Source of the DNA: Chthoniobacteraceae bacterium
GTDB lineage: Bacteria > Verrucomicrobiota > Verrucomicrobiia > Chthoniobacterales > Chthoniobacteraceae
Assembly: GCA_037190965.1 (NCBI GenBank)
Contig: JBBCKI010000028.1
Span: 32,001-96,000 of the forward strand
Reading direction: 5' to 3'
Length of the DNA: 64,000 bases
In this document: piece by piece, positions 29,773-39,172 of the stretch
How positions within the stretch are numbered: position 1 is the stretch's first letter
Layout: every line of letters starts with the position of its first letter
Position numbers and translations under genes: made by a program
The notes under the pieces: model-generated
The model's database searches: none
What the model was told of the DNA's origin: nothing
Seen by the model: the letters and a program-made list of their open reading frames with translations, nothing else

Positions 29773-30930
29773 ATGCATTCTTCGTTCATTCCCGATACAG
29801 AGTTCCTCCAGCGCATCGAAAAAACGCGACATCTTATGGCGGAGGCCGGCCTTGATCTTCTTCTGGCCTTTTCAACGGAATCCGAGCCGGCTTACGTGCG
29901 GTATTACTCGGACTACTGGCCGAGCTTCGAGACGGCGGGCGTGCTGATCAGCGCTTCGGGCGAGCAGCATCTGCTCATCGGGCCGGAGAGCCGTACTTAT
30001 GCGGCGGCCCGCTCCAGGATTCCCGGGATCGTGAGGATGGTGGACTTCCGTGAATCCTCCCAGCCTGCCTACCCCGGCAGCAAGCTGGCAGACTGGCAGG
30101 AGGTGCTCTGCAGCTACCGCCCGAAGCGGATCGGCATCGCCGGGTGGCATCTTTTCCCCCATGCAATTCTTCAGAACATCGTGGCCGCCGTTCCGGGTGT
30201 GGAGCTGGTCAATGCCGACGATGTGGTGCGGCAGGTGATGCGGTCGAAATCCCCGGCAGAGCTCAACTGCCTGCGCGAAGCGGCAAGGATCTCCGAGCTT
30301 GGCTTCAAAGCGGTGCTGGAGAACATCCGCGAAGGAATGACGGAAGCGCAGCTCTGCGGAATCGCTACCGCGGCCATGCTGGCCGATGGAGCGGAATCCA
30401 CCGGCTACCCGATCTGGTGCTGTAGCGGTCCGAACTCCACTCAAGCCATCAGCCGCCCGACGCATAGAAAGGTGCAACGCGGCGAGGTCATTCATTTCAG
30501 CATCGGGGCAAAGGTTTCGGGCTACAGCGCCAGTGTAGGGAGGCCCATTGTGCTGGGGCATTGCCCGGAGGATCTTCGCAAGTTTCTGCAAACGGGCTTG
30601 GACGCGATGAAAATGACCATTGACCTCATGCAGGCCGGCCGGGTGTCCGGAGAGGTGGCCCGGAAGGTGCACGGCTGGATTGCCGACCAGGGCTACGGTG
30701 ACACGATCTTGTACGGGCCGGCGCATGGTTGCGGGCAGATGGAGTGTGAATTTCCATTCCTGGAAAGTTCGTCCACCTTCGTCCTTGAGGAGAACATGGC
30801 CTTCATGGTCGACGTCTTCCTCGCCAATGAACGCTCAGGCTTCCGCTGGGAGGACGGTGTGATTGTGCGGAATGGCGCGGCGGAGGAGCTTTCATCCTTC
30901 GGTCGGAACCTGAACATCCTGGAGGTATAA
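29773..30930 (+). CDS. M24 (Xaa-Pro peptidase/creatinase) family protein
   Basis: Creatinase N-domain (RIEKTRHLMAEAGLDLLL...YVRYYSDY), KSPAELNCLREAARI, GPAHGCGQMECE, GFRWEDGVIV. Confidence 0.88.
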   Translation: MHSSFIPDTEFLQRIEKTRHLMAEAGLDLLLAFSTESEPAYVRYYSDYWPSFETAGVLISASGEQHLLIGPESRTYAAARSRIPGIVRMVDFRESSQPAYPGSKLADWQEVLCSYRPKRIGIAGWHLFPHAILQNIVAAVPGVELVNADDVVRQVMRSKSPAELNCLREAARISELGFKAVLENIREGMTEAQLCGIATAAMLADGAESTGYPIWCCSGPNSTQAISRPTHRKVQRGEVIHFSIGAKVSGYSASVGRPIVLGHCPEDLRKFLQTGLDAMKMTIDLMQAGRVSGEVARKVHGWIADQGYGDTILYGPAHGCGQMECEFPFLESSSTFVLEENMAFMVDVFLANERSGFRWEDGVIVRNGAAEELSSFGRNLNILEV

Positions 30931-30931
30931 G

Positions 30932-31729
30932 ATGATTATTGATGTTCATGGCCATTTGGGCCGGATCAATCAGGCACCCTTCTGGGCGGCGGATGAGACG
31001 CAACTGGATAGCTATCTTGATGAAGCGAAGGTTGACGCGCTCTGGGTATCCTCGTCGAAGTCGCTGATGTATGAAGCGCGAGAGGGGAACGCGGAGCTGA
31101 TCGCGGCGCTGGAGAACTCCCGGAAGCTGCTCGGCTACGTGGTGCTCAATCCTGTCTGCCCAGACTCCATTGCCGATCTTGCGCTGCTGGAACACGAGAA
31201 GGTGATCGGTGTGAAGATTCACCCTGACTATCACGGCTACGACATGATCTCGCCTTCCGTTCAGCCGTTCCTTGATGAAGTTGCCCGGGCGACGGGGTTG
31301 ATCCTTACCCATGTCTCGTGCATGCCTGGGATGGCTTTTTCCGAAGGGGGCAAGCTGCTAGACTTCGCCGAGCGGCACCCGGAGACCAATTTCATTTTCG
31401 CCCATCTCGGCGGGATGTATCAGAACGGGCACTATCCCTACTTCCCTAACTATGAGGGGCTGGAGAAGATCGCCGCGCGGAATCTGCCGAATGTCTATGT
31501 CGATACGTCGCAGCACTTGATGTATGTCTACCCGGGCGTGATGCAGCGCGTGGTGGAGATTTACGGTGCGGACCGGTTGGTCTTTGGGACGGATATGCCG
31601 CTGCAGGGGCCGATGCAGGCGCGGTTCGCCATCGAAGCCATTCAGGCATTGGCGATTCCGCAGGAGGACAAAGACAAGATCTTCTTCAGGAATGCGCAAA
31701 GGCTATTGGCATCAGGGGGGAAGCGATGA
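30932..31729 (+). CDS. amidohydrolase family (Amidohydro_2) protein
   Basis: IIDVHGHLG, GVKIHP, FIFAHLGG, NVYVDTS, GADRLVFGTDMP, KIFFRNA. Confidence 0.9.
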   Translation: MIIDVHGHLGRINQAPFWAADETQLDSYLDEAKVDALWVSSSKSLMYEAREGNAELIAALENSRKLLGYVVLNPVCPDSIADLALLEHEKVIGVKIHPDYHGYDMISPSVQPFLDEVARATGLILTHVSCMPGMAFSEGGKLLDFAERHPETNFIFAHLGGMYQNGHYPYFPNYEGLEKIAARNLPNVYVDTSQHLMYVYPGVMQRVVEIYGADRLVFGTDMPLQGPMQARFAIEAIQALAIPQEDKDKIFFRNAQRLLASGGKR

Positions 31730-32099
31730 GCGGAGGAGCGCGGGTCTGGTATTTCCCCGACGGTTATCTTCCAGCCAAGAAGGCAGGGAGGTGCTTGAAG
31801 CGCATGAGTCGCTGATGCTGCTGAACGTGGGAGAGGAGGATGCGCACGTGGTGATCGACATTTACTTCTCCGATCGCATGCCGACGAAGGGAATCAAGGT
31901 CGATGTCCCCGCGGAACGGATCATTGCGCTACGGTTGGATCATCCCGCCGATCTTGCGGGTGCGGTGATTCCTGAGCAGACGCAGTATGCATTGAGGATC
32001 ACATCGGATCGAAACGTGGTGGCGCAGTTCGGTCGGCTCGATACCGCTCAGAGTAACCTTGCCTACTATGGTAGCGACGGTTTTCACGAGCCGCTGTAA
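31726..32099 (+). pseudogene. sensory rhodopsin transducer (ASRT)-family gene split by a single-base frameshift (or a sequencing error)
   Basis: ATG 31726 overlaps the upstream TGA and reads MSGGARVWYFPDGYLPAKKAG, then stops; the rest (EAHESLMLLNVGEEDAHVVIDIYFSDR...VVAQFGRLDTAQSNLA) is in the -1 frame; the junction is GGG at 31786-31788. Confidence 0.8.
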
Positions 32100-32124
32100 C
32101 CTGCAATCATTTGTTTGTTAGATT

Positions 32125-32154
32125 AAGGAGCCGGGGGTTCGCCCTCGGCTCCTT
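32125..32154. terminator. hairpin between convergent genes, probable terminator
   Basis: AAGGAGCCGGGG-GTTCG-CCCTCGGCTCCTT stem-loop, followed by a second small hairpin GCCTCA-TAA-TGAGGC. Confidence 0.6.
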
Positions 32155-32181
32155 GCCTCATAATGAGGCTGAAGGCGAAGA

Positions 32182-34233
32182 TTAGCGCTCCGGAGAGATT
32201 TCGATCTCGAGAACCGACATCGATTTCCCAGCCATCTTTTTCAGGCGGAAGATGCTTCCGTTGGGAACGACTGTATTCTTCGGAAATTGGCTGAGCGTTA
32301 CGATTCGTTCGCAGGGGACTCCAACATCCACGGTGCAGTTCCGGTAATAAAACGCATTGTTTCGCACGTAGACTCGCAATGTATGGAGCCCTGTTTTGTA
32401 CGCCCAAGCTTGAATGTCCTTCGGGTTTTGCAGGACGCGGACGCCGTTGGCTTCGGAAATGATCCAGTTCGCCGCACTTTGAAGGACGGCATCGGGGATC
32501 TTCCGGCTGGCAAGATCGACCAACCAGAAGAACGAATCCTGTGCGGCAGATGGTTCGAAAGGCTCGGGAGCGGGCCACTCGCCTTCCAGTGAGGAGTTTG
32601 CTTTTTCTGAATAGATCGAAATCTCGAAGGCATCGGCTCCCCCGTAATAAGCGCGGCGCTGGCGGGGTGCCGGATCTGCCGGGGCTGGGCCGCCGACGGT
32701 GATAACGGAGATGTCTTTCCTCGCCATCAAGGCGCTCCACTCCTCCGTAGGTAGAAGGTGCGGATGAACGACAAGCAGGGTGCCCTTCCATGCCGCCAGA
32801 TTTTCAGAACGCACCACTGCCAGCAGGGGGGCTCCCGCAGCGCTTAATTGCCACACGATCCGATCGAGCGGACAGCGACGGGTGGCGACATAATCCTCTA
32901 CCAATCCTTCCCGGTAGGCATCGCTCCAATAAAGGGCGGCTCCCAGGATTCCCTCGGGCTTCAAGGCATAGCCAAGATTCCAACGGTCGGTGATCCATTC
33001 CCATTCGTGGGACTTTAGCCCATCCGACAGGACGGAGACGACGCCGCTTGTGGCAGTTTCAAACTGGCCGGCGCGATTGATGGAGAAGAGGGCGGTGTGG
33101 GAGAAAATTTCGCTTTCGAGATTGGTGGGTGCGTGATGAATGCCGTTCCAGGCTTCGTGGCTATCTTTGATGGCATTCATAAAGATAATCCGGGCTTTTG
33201 GTGCAGTCGCGCGGAGGAGATGCAGCTTGGTGGCAAATCGTTTGATGACCCAGGTGGGATCCCAGTCAGGAAGGCCCTCTTCGCCGTAGGGAAGGTCGCC
33301 TCCGTATTCATGCGCGGCGGCGGCGGTTTCCGCTATAAAGCCATCCACGCCTGCTTCGCTGAGCGCACGATAGTCCACCCCATAGCGGTAAATGGCTTCG
33401 AACGGGTCGCGTGTCCAGGCGGAGTTCATGAGGAGTTCCTTCCCTTCGCCGTGGAGTACCTCGGCTGCTTGTTTCCAGAAGGCAGTGGTGCGTGCGCAGT
33501 GGAACTGTATCCATGAGAGGCGTCGCTCTTTCCAGATCCACTCAGCTCGTGCCGAGATCTTGTTCGGATCCAGCCCGGCGGCTTGTGAAAAGCCACACGG
33601 AAGCTTTTCCCCAAGCCAGTCCTGATATTGCCGGAGGGTGTCATCCGAGAAGTCACCTTCGTAGATTGGAATGCGGGGATGGGCAAGGCCATCGCCGGCG
33701 TGATAGCCATCAAATCCATAGTCTTTGATGACCTTCAACAGGCGCGGCAGGTAGTAGTCTTGATAACTTTCTCCGCTCGCCAGGCGTTTATATGGCGTCA
33801 TGGAGTAGCCTTGTGCGCCATGACGGTCGATGAACAGCAGTTCCGGATGCTCGCTCAGCCATCCGGAGACGGGGCCATCGAAGTGGGAAAAGAAGACGTG
33901 AATTCCCTTTTCGCGAAGAGTGGTGATCAGGCCCAACAGATGGCGCGCTGTCCAGTCTTGCCGATGGCGCTCTTCGTTCCTGTCGTGTCCACCATAGGAG
34001 CAGATGTCGGGGGTGAAGATGCGATCCAAGCGCTCGTTGTGACCGTGAACGAATTCCGGCTCCGCCAGAAGAAGTGTGACCACGGTGGGGATGAAGCCGG
34101 CGTTTTCCAAAAACCGATTTACGCCATAGTCGGCAAGGTGAAGGTCAAATCCGATGAGCTCGATCCAGAGCCACCGTTCGTATGGAGGCTTGGAGGTTGG
34201 GGTGAAAAGATACTCCGAGTTTAACGGCGTCAT
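32182..34233 (-). CDS. hypothetical protein, probable glycoside-hydrolase-like
   Basis: ~680 aa; LREKGIHVF, WLSEHPE, YGFDGYHAGDG, GVDYRALSEAGVDGFIAE; C-terminal class I GATase-like segment; start chosen at MTPLNSEY. Confidence 0.6.
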   Translation of the reverse strand: MTPLNSEYLFTPTSKPPYERWLWIELIGFDLHLADYGVNRFLENAGFIPTVVTLLLAEPEFVHGHNERLDRIFTPDICSYGGHDRNEERHRQDWTARHLLGLITTLREKGIHVFFSHFDGPVSGWLSEHPELLFIDRHGAQGYSMTPYKRLASGESYQDYYLPRLLKVIKDYGFDGYHAGDGLAHPRIPIYEGDFSDDTLRQYQDWLGEKLPCGFSQAAGLDPNKISARAEWIWKERRLSWIQFHCARTTAFWKQAAEVLHGEGKELLMNSAWTRDPFEAIYRYGVDYRALSEAGVDGFIAETAAAAHEYGGDLPYGEEGLPDWDPTWVIKRFATKLHLLRATAPKARIIFMNAIKDSHEAWNGIHHAPTNLESEIFSHTALFSINRAGQFETATSGVVSVLSDGLKSHEWEWITDRWNLGYALKPEGILGAALYWSDAYREGLVEDYVATRRCPLDRIVWQLSAAGAPLLAVVRSENLAAWKGTLLVVHPHLLPTEEWSALMARKDISVITVGGPAPADPAPRQRRAYYGGADAFEISIYSEKANSSLEGEWPAPEPFEPSAAQDSFFWLVDLASRKIPDAVLQSAANWIISEANGVRVLQNPKDIQAWAYKTGLHTLRVYVRNNAFYYRNCTVDVGVPCERIVTLSQFPKNTVVPNGSIFRLKKMAGKSMSVLEIEISPER

Positions 34234-34371
34234 GGGTTTTATATTAACGGTGTTGCAGCAAAAAGGGGAGACTGGAGCGTTCCCAGTGAAAATCAACAGG
34301 CACCGCGATGGGCTGCTTTCTTGCATGGAAGAAGCCTATCGGGTGCCCCGCAGAGCTGGAGTTTTGTTATT

Positions 34372-36129
34372 CTAAGCGGTTTTACGCTTTCTCTTGACGA
34401 AGAACAGGCCGCTACCCAGCAGCAACAGCCCGACGGAGGTGGGCTCGGGAATGGCCGCTAGAAGCTGGCCTTGACCGCCCCAGAGATCGTAGTCGAGGCC
34501 ATTGAGGAAGGCATTTTCGGCCAGCGTGGCGTTGTAATAGATATTCAGACCACCGCTCAGGTCGAGCGCGCTGATGAGGGAGGTGGCCAGCTCTTCTGCG
34601 GAGAGGTCAAGGCCCTCAAGGGTGAGCAGGTTGACGTAGAGCGCATTGACTCCTTCCTCCCCGGTCAGGATGAGCTTATTGCCGTGACTGATCGTAAGCG
34701 CACCCAGCGTAAAGGGATTACTGACGCCACCGGCGCGCCCGCTTTCAAGAAAAGCGCTGGAGGTGATGTTGACGATGTGATCGCCATCCGCGCCCGTGCT
34801 CAAACGGAAGGTGGTATCGGTAAAATTGGAGTCTACCGCGTTAGTGGTTTGGATGAAGAGGTCTTCCTGGAACTGAAGCTCGGATGAGGTTCCGCGCAAG
34901 GCACCGGTAGCGGTGATGTTGACGGTATTCTTAAAGAGAATCGTCGAGTGGGTCGCTTCAATCAAACCGCTGTTGACCAATGCTGCATCGACGGTCGCGT
35001 TCTCGGCATCGAACGCGGTCAGTCTGCCATTTGACCCGATGGTCGTGGTGCCAGTGGTTCGCCACGCGGAATTGCTCCCGGTCAGTTCCAAAGCGGTGTA
35101 GTTCTCTCCTCCAAGACCGGAGTCGAAGGTGTAGCTCGCAATCGACTGGTTGCTCGAGCTATTGAGGCGGAAGGCGTTGTTTCCGCTGAAAGTGAAGTTG
35201 CTGGAGAGCGTGGCCTTTGAAATGTCCGCATCGGACACGTTGCGATACGAAATCACGCCGTTATTCACCGTGAGAGCGGCACCCGGGCTGCTGCTTCCGA
35301 CGTAGAATGCGCTGGAAGTAAACTGGAGGGTGCCGCCGTCGCGAATCGTCAGGGATGTGGGGATGGCTCCGGGATCGTACGACTGATTGTAGTAGATGGA
35401 AGAAGTTTCAAGGATGCCATTGCCATGGACGTCGATGGATGCTCCTCCGGTGCCGCTCCCCGAACCCATGTCGATGCTTGATGTGCGGAAAATGCCGCCG
35501 GAGATATCGACCTCAGCCCTGGTGTTTGCAAATGCTGCGATGTAAGTTTGGCCTGAAGTGATATCAAGGATGCCCCCCGTCATGAGAAGCCTTGCGCTTC
35601 CCGACGCGCCTCCGACAAGCAACCCAGCTTGAGCCGCTACGTGGCCCGAGGAAATTTGAAGTACCCCGGCATCATCCACCGAGAGATACGCAAAACCGGG
35701 GCCTGATATATTCAGATTCCCGCCGTTGACGTGCAGGGTTGCGCTTTGTGAAACGACAACGGCACTTCGGTAGGCGGGATCGCCGATTCCATGAGCTGAG
35801 AGGGTAGACTCCGAGTTGGAGAGAACAAGGGTATTTCCGGCCCCGGATAGCCTTATGGCGGCGATGTCAAGATTCTCGAGAGGGGTGGAGTTATCGATCG
35901 TAACAGTCTTGGTGTCACCGTTAATAATGCTGACTGAACTGCCCGATTGAGGGGCGCCGTTGTCCCAATTTCCCGCATCCTGCCATAGCCCGCTTTCGGG
36001 AGTGCTCCAGTAAGTTTCCGCCTGGGCTGAGTATGCTGCAAATGGCCCGATCGCGATGGCTGCACCGAGCGCTTTGAGGTGCCGCAAGGAGGCTCTCTTT
36101 CCGGTGAATGGAGGGAGGAGGTTTTTCAT
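34372..36129 (-). CDS. PEP-CTERM surface protein with Gly/Ser-rich beta-helical passenger-like repeats
   Basis: Signal peptide; SGLWQDAGNW; repeated L.I.GG motifs; C-terminus AIPEPTSVGLLLLGSGLFFVKRKRKTA. Confidence 0.88.
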   Translation of the reverse strand: MKNLLPPFTGKRASLRHLKALGAAIAIGPFAAYSAQAETYWSTPESGLWQDAGNWDNGAPQSGSSVSIINGDTKTVTIDNSTPLENLDIAAIRLSGAGNTLVLSNSESTLSAHGIGDPAYRSAVVVSQSATLHVNGGNLNISGPGFAYLSVDDAGVLQISSGHVAAQAGLLVGGASGSARLLMTGGILDITSGQTYIAAFANTRAEVDISGGIFRTSSIDMGSGSGTGGASIDVHGNGILETSSIYYNQSYDPGAIPTSLTIRDGGTLQFTSSAFYVGSSSPGAALTVNNGVISYRNVSDADISKATLSSNFTFSGNNAFRLNSSSNQSIASYTFDSGLGGENYTALELTGSNSAWRTTGTTTIGSNGRLTAFDAENATVDAALVNSGLIEATHSTILFKNTVNITATGALRGTSSELQFQEDLFIQTTNAVDSNFTDTTFRLSTGADGDHIVNITSSAFLESGRAGGVSNPFTLGALTISHGNKLILTGEEGVNALYVNLLTLEGLDLSAEELATSLISALDLSGGLNIYYNATLAENAFLNGLDYDLWGGQGQLLAAIPEPTSVGLLLLGSGLFFVKRKRKTA

Positions 36130-36291
36130 AGGGGTAAGCTTTGTTCTCGAACGATCAGAGGGAGTGATATGGAAAGGCGATCTATAACGAGGCGAGGAGA
36201 CGCTAGGGTTTTGAAAGGGGAAGCCATGAAATTTCCAACGTCCCAGGTGGTTTTACTTAATAATGCCGAGCTTCGGGCAAAGTGGGGTTTG

Positions 36292-36338
36292 CGTCAAAAA
36301 TAAAGGATTGCACTATCGCTGCGATGGTTTGCATTATC
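36292..36338 (-). promoter_or_regulatory. 21-bp-period direct-repeat operator plus -35-like element (copy 2)
   Basis: Minus strand GATAATGCAA-N11-GATAGTGCAATCC-N7-TTGACG pointing at the PEP-CTERM gene (start 36129); extra opposite-orientation half-site GATAGTGCAA at 36404-36413. Confidence 0.75.
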
Positions 36339-36647
36339 TTCCCAATCTTCCAAAGCTCAGGAGCTTGATTTCTGTGAATGGCGTCATGACATTGGGATGG
36401 TGTGATAGTGCAAGATATTTGCCAGATTGTTCATTTGTTGTGAATTGTCATGGCTTGTTTTTTAAGAGAAACTTTCGTTCTTCAATGTCCCCTTCTGAGG
36501 CTGCTAATGGGATTGTTTCTCTTTTATTATATTAGGAAACATCTGATTTTGTGGATTTGCCTATTTTGCCGCTTGTTGCAATTGCCGGTTTTACGCCTGT
36601 TGCCTTTTCAGATAAGGAGAGGGAAGCTATAATTTGACAACCAAACC

Positions 36648-37238
36648 ATGAACAAAGCAGTCACTTTAAAAACAATCATTATTGCAGCAGCCTCTTTCAC
36701 CTCATCCGCACTTTTGATGGCGGACGGTATGCTGGCGAACGGAGACTTTGAAGAGACGGTGGAGATTTCCACGGATGCCGACAGGCAACGCTATCAGGCT
36801 GAGGGATGGGAACTGGGAAATGTGCCCCCCCGTTTGCCGTCGGGCTGGTCGTTGCACCACACTCACAAGGGGCGGCTAACGCTGGTCGAGGAGAACGTGA
36901 AATCGGGCGGCGTCGCGTGCATGGTAGAAGGTGGGGGCTGGATTCATGCCGGCTTTCCGGTGAATGCCGACTCCCGGTTGAACATTACCTTTTGGGCAAA
37001 GGGCGATGGAAAGGTGCGCGTGATGCTATTCCAGTACGAATACGATTCCAATGGTTCGGTAGCTCAGTTCCTGGAGACGGCGGAGTTGGAGACGGTTCAA
37101 CTTAATGGAGAGTGGAAAGAGTATAAGATGACGCATCAATTCTCTTTGCCGGCCGTGAACCGGGCAGACATCGCTTTCGACGTTCAGGGTGCCGCGGTGT
37201 TGGACGCCGTCAATATTCAGGAAGGCGGAACAGAATGA
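36648..37238 (+). CDS. secreted stand-alone CBM4/9-like carbohydrate-binding protein
   Basis: Signal peptide; MLANGDFEE...ITFWAKG...GEWKEY...LDAV; clear paralogue of the C-terminal domain of 19429..22392. Confidence 0.8.
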   Translation: MNKAVTLKTIIIAAASFTSSALLMADGMLANGDFEETVEISTDADRQRYQAEGWELGNVPPRLPSGWSLHHTHKGRLTLVEENVKSGGVACMVEGGGWIHAGFPVNADSRLNITFWAKGDGKVRVMLFQYEYDSNGSVAQFLETAELETVQLNGEWKEYKMTHQFSLPAVNRADIAFDVQGAAVLDAVNIQEGGTE

Positions 37239-37307
37239 GCCGCCCGATGGGTAGTCGTTGACGATCGAGCCGGTGGGCCATTCCGGTTCAACTCGGCCAG
37301 ATACGGC

Positions 37308-37340
37308 GCACAAGGACGACTCAGCGACTCGTCCTTGTGC
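37308..37340. terminator. perfect 12-bp hairpin between convergent genes
   Basis: GCACAAGGACGA-CTCAGCGAC-TCGTCCTTGTGC. Confidence 0.55.
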
Positions 37341-37355
37341 TTGTAAGCGTGGGCC

Positions 37356-38348
37356 CTAAGCCAGGCATCCCTGAAAGGCGGTGCCTTTCTTCACTTCTTC
37401 GCAAATTCGCACAATTTCGACGGCGTGATCCGTAGTGATTGGGAATGGAACTCCATCCGAGATTGAATGATAAAGATATTTCCAGATAAAGAGCGGATGC
37501 TCCCATATCTCCGGGTCGATCTGCAGGTTCTCCAGGAGCCACTCATCTTTGGAACCCGGTTTAAGGTATTTCATCGTGATATCGAGCCCCTTGCAAATGA
37601 GCGTTCCCCTGTCTCCGAAGATCACATACTCCGGCTGGCCGAGCGTCACCCCGCAACTTGCCTCCAGATCAACAATACGCCCATTCTTTCCGGTCAGAAT
37701 GATTTTGAAATGATCCTCCGCATCGCCATTGGAGATGATCTTTCGCAGATTTCCCCAGACATCGGCCACTTCAGATCCCAGGAAAATGAGCGCATGATCA
37801 ACGATATGCGACCCCCAATCGTTGACATGGCCGCCGCCGGAGGCGATACGGGCCTGCCATCCGTCCATCCGTAAATATGCATGGCGATGCAGTTTCACCT
37901 GATGAATTTCTCCAAGCGCGCCGGAGTCACAAATCTTTCGAACCTGTTGGAACTGCGGTTCAAAACGCCGGTTATGGCGAAAATAGAGTTTTCCTCGATG
38001 TCGTTCGCTTGCGGCCTTAAGTTTCAGAGCGTCGGCGTAGGTGTTGGCTATCGGTTTCTCTACGAACGCGTATTTTCCAGCCTCCAGTGACTGCAAGGCA
38101 TGCTGGGCATGGTTAAACGAAGGCGTGGCGATTGCGACAAGATCCACCTCCGGATCCTTCAGCATTTCGTCGCCGGAAGTATACTTGCGCATGGAAGGCA
38201 ATGCCTGAGCCGCAGCCTCCAAATTCGCCTCGGATGAGTCGCAGCCCGCGATGATTTCATACATCTCAGGATATTCCGCCAGTTCCGGAATGTACATCCC
38301 TCGCCCGGCATAGCCCAGCCCCCAAATCCCAATTCGAATTTTGCTCAT
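37356..38348 (-). CDS. Gfo/Idh/MocA-family oxidoreductase
   Basis: IRIGIWGLGYAG, VDLVAIATPS, FVEKP, GGGHVNDWGSHIVD. Confidence 0.9.
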   Translation of the reverse strand: MSKIRIGIWGLGYAGRGMYIPELAEYPEMYEIIAGCDSSEANLEAAAQALPSMRKYTSGDEMLKDPEVDLVAIATPSFNHAQHALQSLEAGKYAFVEKPIANTYADALKLKAASERHRGKLYFRHNRRFEPQFQQVRKICDSGALGEIHQVKLHRHAYLRMDGWQARIASGGGHVNDWGSHIVDHALIFLGSEVADVWGNLRKIISNGDAEDHFKIILTGKNGRIVDLEASCGVTLGQPEYVIFGDRGTLICKGLDITMKYLKPGSKDEWLLENLQIDPEIWEHPLFIWKYLYHSISDGVPFPITTDHAVEIVRICEEVKKGTAFQGCLA

Positions 38349-39097
38349 GATTTCAAAACGTCCTGAATAAAGTTCCAGCTCGTGGTTAAGTCGCGAAACG
38401 GATCGCAGAGATGCTCATCGTGCTCTACATAGATCCAGCCATCCCATCCCAGCCGAGCCAATTCTTCAATGACGGGCCCATTGCTAAAGCCATTATTGCC
38501 GCCACCCAGCTCACAAAAGCGATATTCGTCGTTTCCCCACTCATCTTTTCCCCCCAACAGGAAGACATCCTTAACATGTAACACCACAATACGCCGGTGA
38601 TACTTCCGAACAATCTCCACCGCATCTCCGCCAGCCATGCTGAGATGGCCGGTGTCCAATATTAGCCCCGCCTCAGGGCAATTCGTCAGAAAATCCTCCA
38701 CCTCCTGCTGGCTTTGAACTCGACAGCCCATGTGATTGTGAAGTGCTCCGATCACATTCCACCGTCGGCAGGCCTTCAGGAATGTATTGCTTCGGCGGCA
38801 GTAGGTCTCGAAACTGGTTTGACGATTTGCGACACCGGCGCTCAGCCAGACATACCGTTTTTCCAATGCCGCGGCCCATTGGATGGCAAGCCTGGGATTG
38901 GGGGCATGGCAAGTGCTGAAGGTCATGCTCAACTTCCGAAAAAGAGCCGCGCGCTGAATGAGGTCATCGGCATTGATTGCCGAAAGCATCTCGACGCCTT
39001 GGTACCCGATCTCTTTTAACCGATGCAGACGATCCTCGGGATCATAGTCTTCACCATCCCATACATTCAACCCATAATCCGCGACGCCGATTTTCAT
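38345..39097 (-). CDS. sugar phosphate isomerase/epimerase (IolE/xylose-isomerase-like TIM barrel)
   Basis: IGYQGVE, LHNHMG, LILDTGHL, LHVKD, FCELGGG, WDGWIYVEHD. Confidence 0.85.
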   Translation of the reverse strand: MKIGVADYGLNVWDGEDYDPEDRLHRLKEIGYQGVEMLSAINADDLIQRAALFRKLSMTFSTCHAPNPRLAIQWAAALEKRYVWLSAGVANRQTSFETYCRRSNTFLKACRRWNVIGALHNHMGCRVQSQQEVEDFLTNCPEAGLILDTGHLSMAGGDAVEIVRKYHRRIVVLHVKDVFLLGGKDEWGNDEYRFCELGGGNNGFSNGPVIEELARLGWDGWIYVEHDEHLCDPFRDLTTSWNFIQDVLKS

Positions 39098-39172
39098 GAT
39101 ATTGCCCAGTTAATTCGATGGATTGCCTTTTTGTAAATTAGTTGACACGCATCTTGGCAGAACTGGCCATGT

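Noticed and set aside
31566..31785. N-terminal part of the 177-aa ORF 31566..32099
   Set aside because: Overlaps the amidohydrolase out of frame; the true ASRT N-terminus is in another frame from 31726.
36263..36632. Short ORFs at 36263 and 39123 that both translate to GLHYR...LHYL
   Set aside because: The apparent peptide similarity is just the shared DNA operator motif read in frame, not a protein family.
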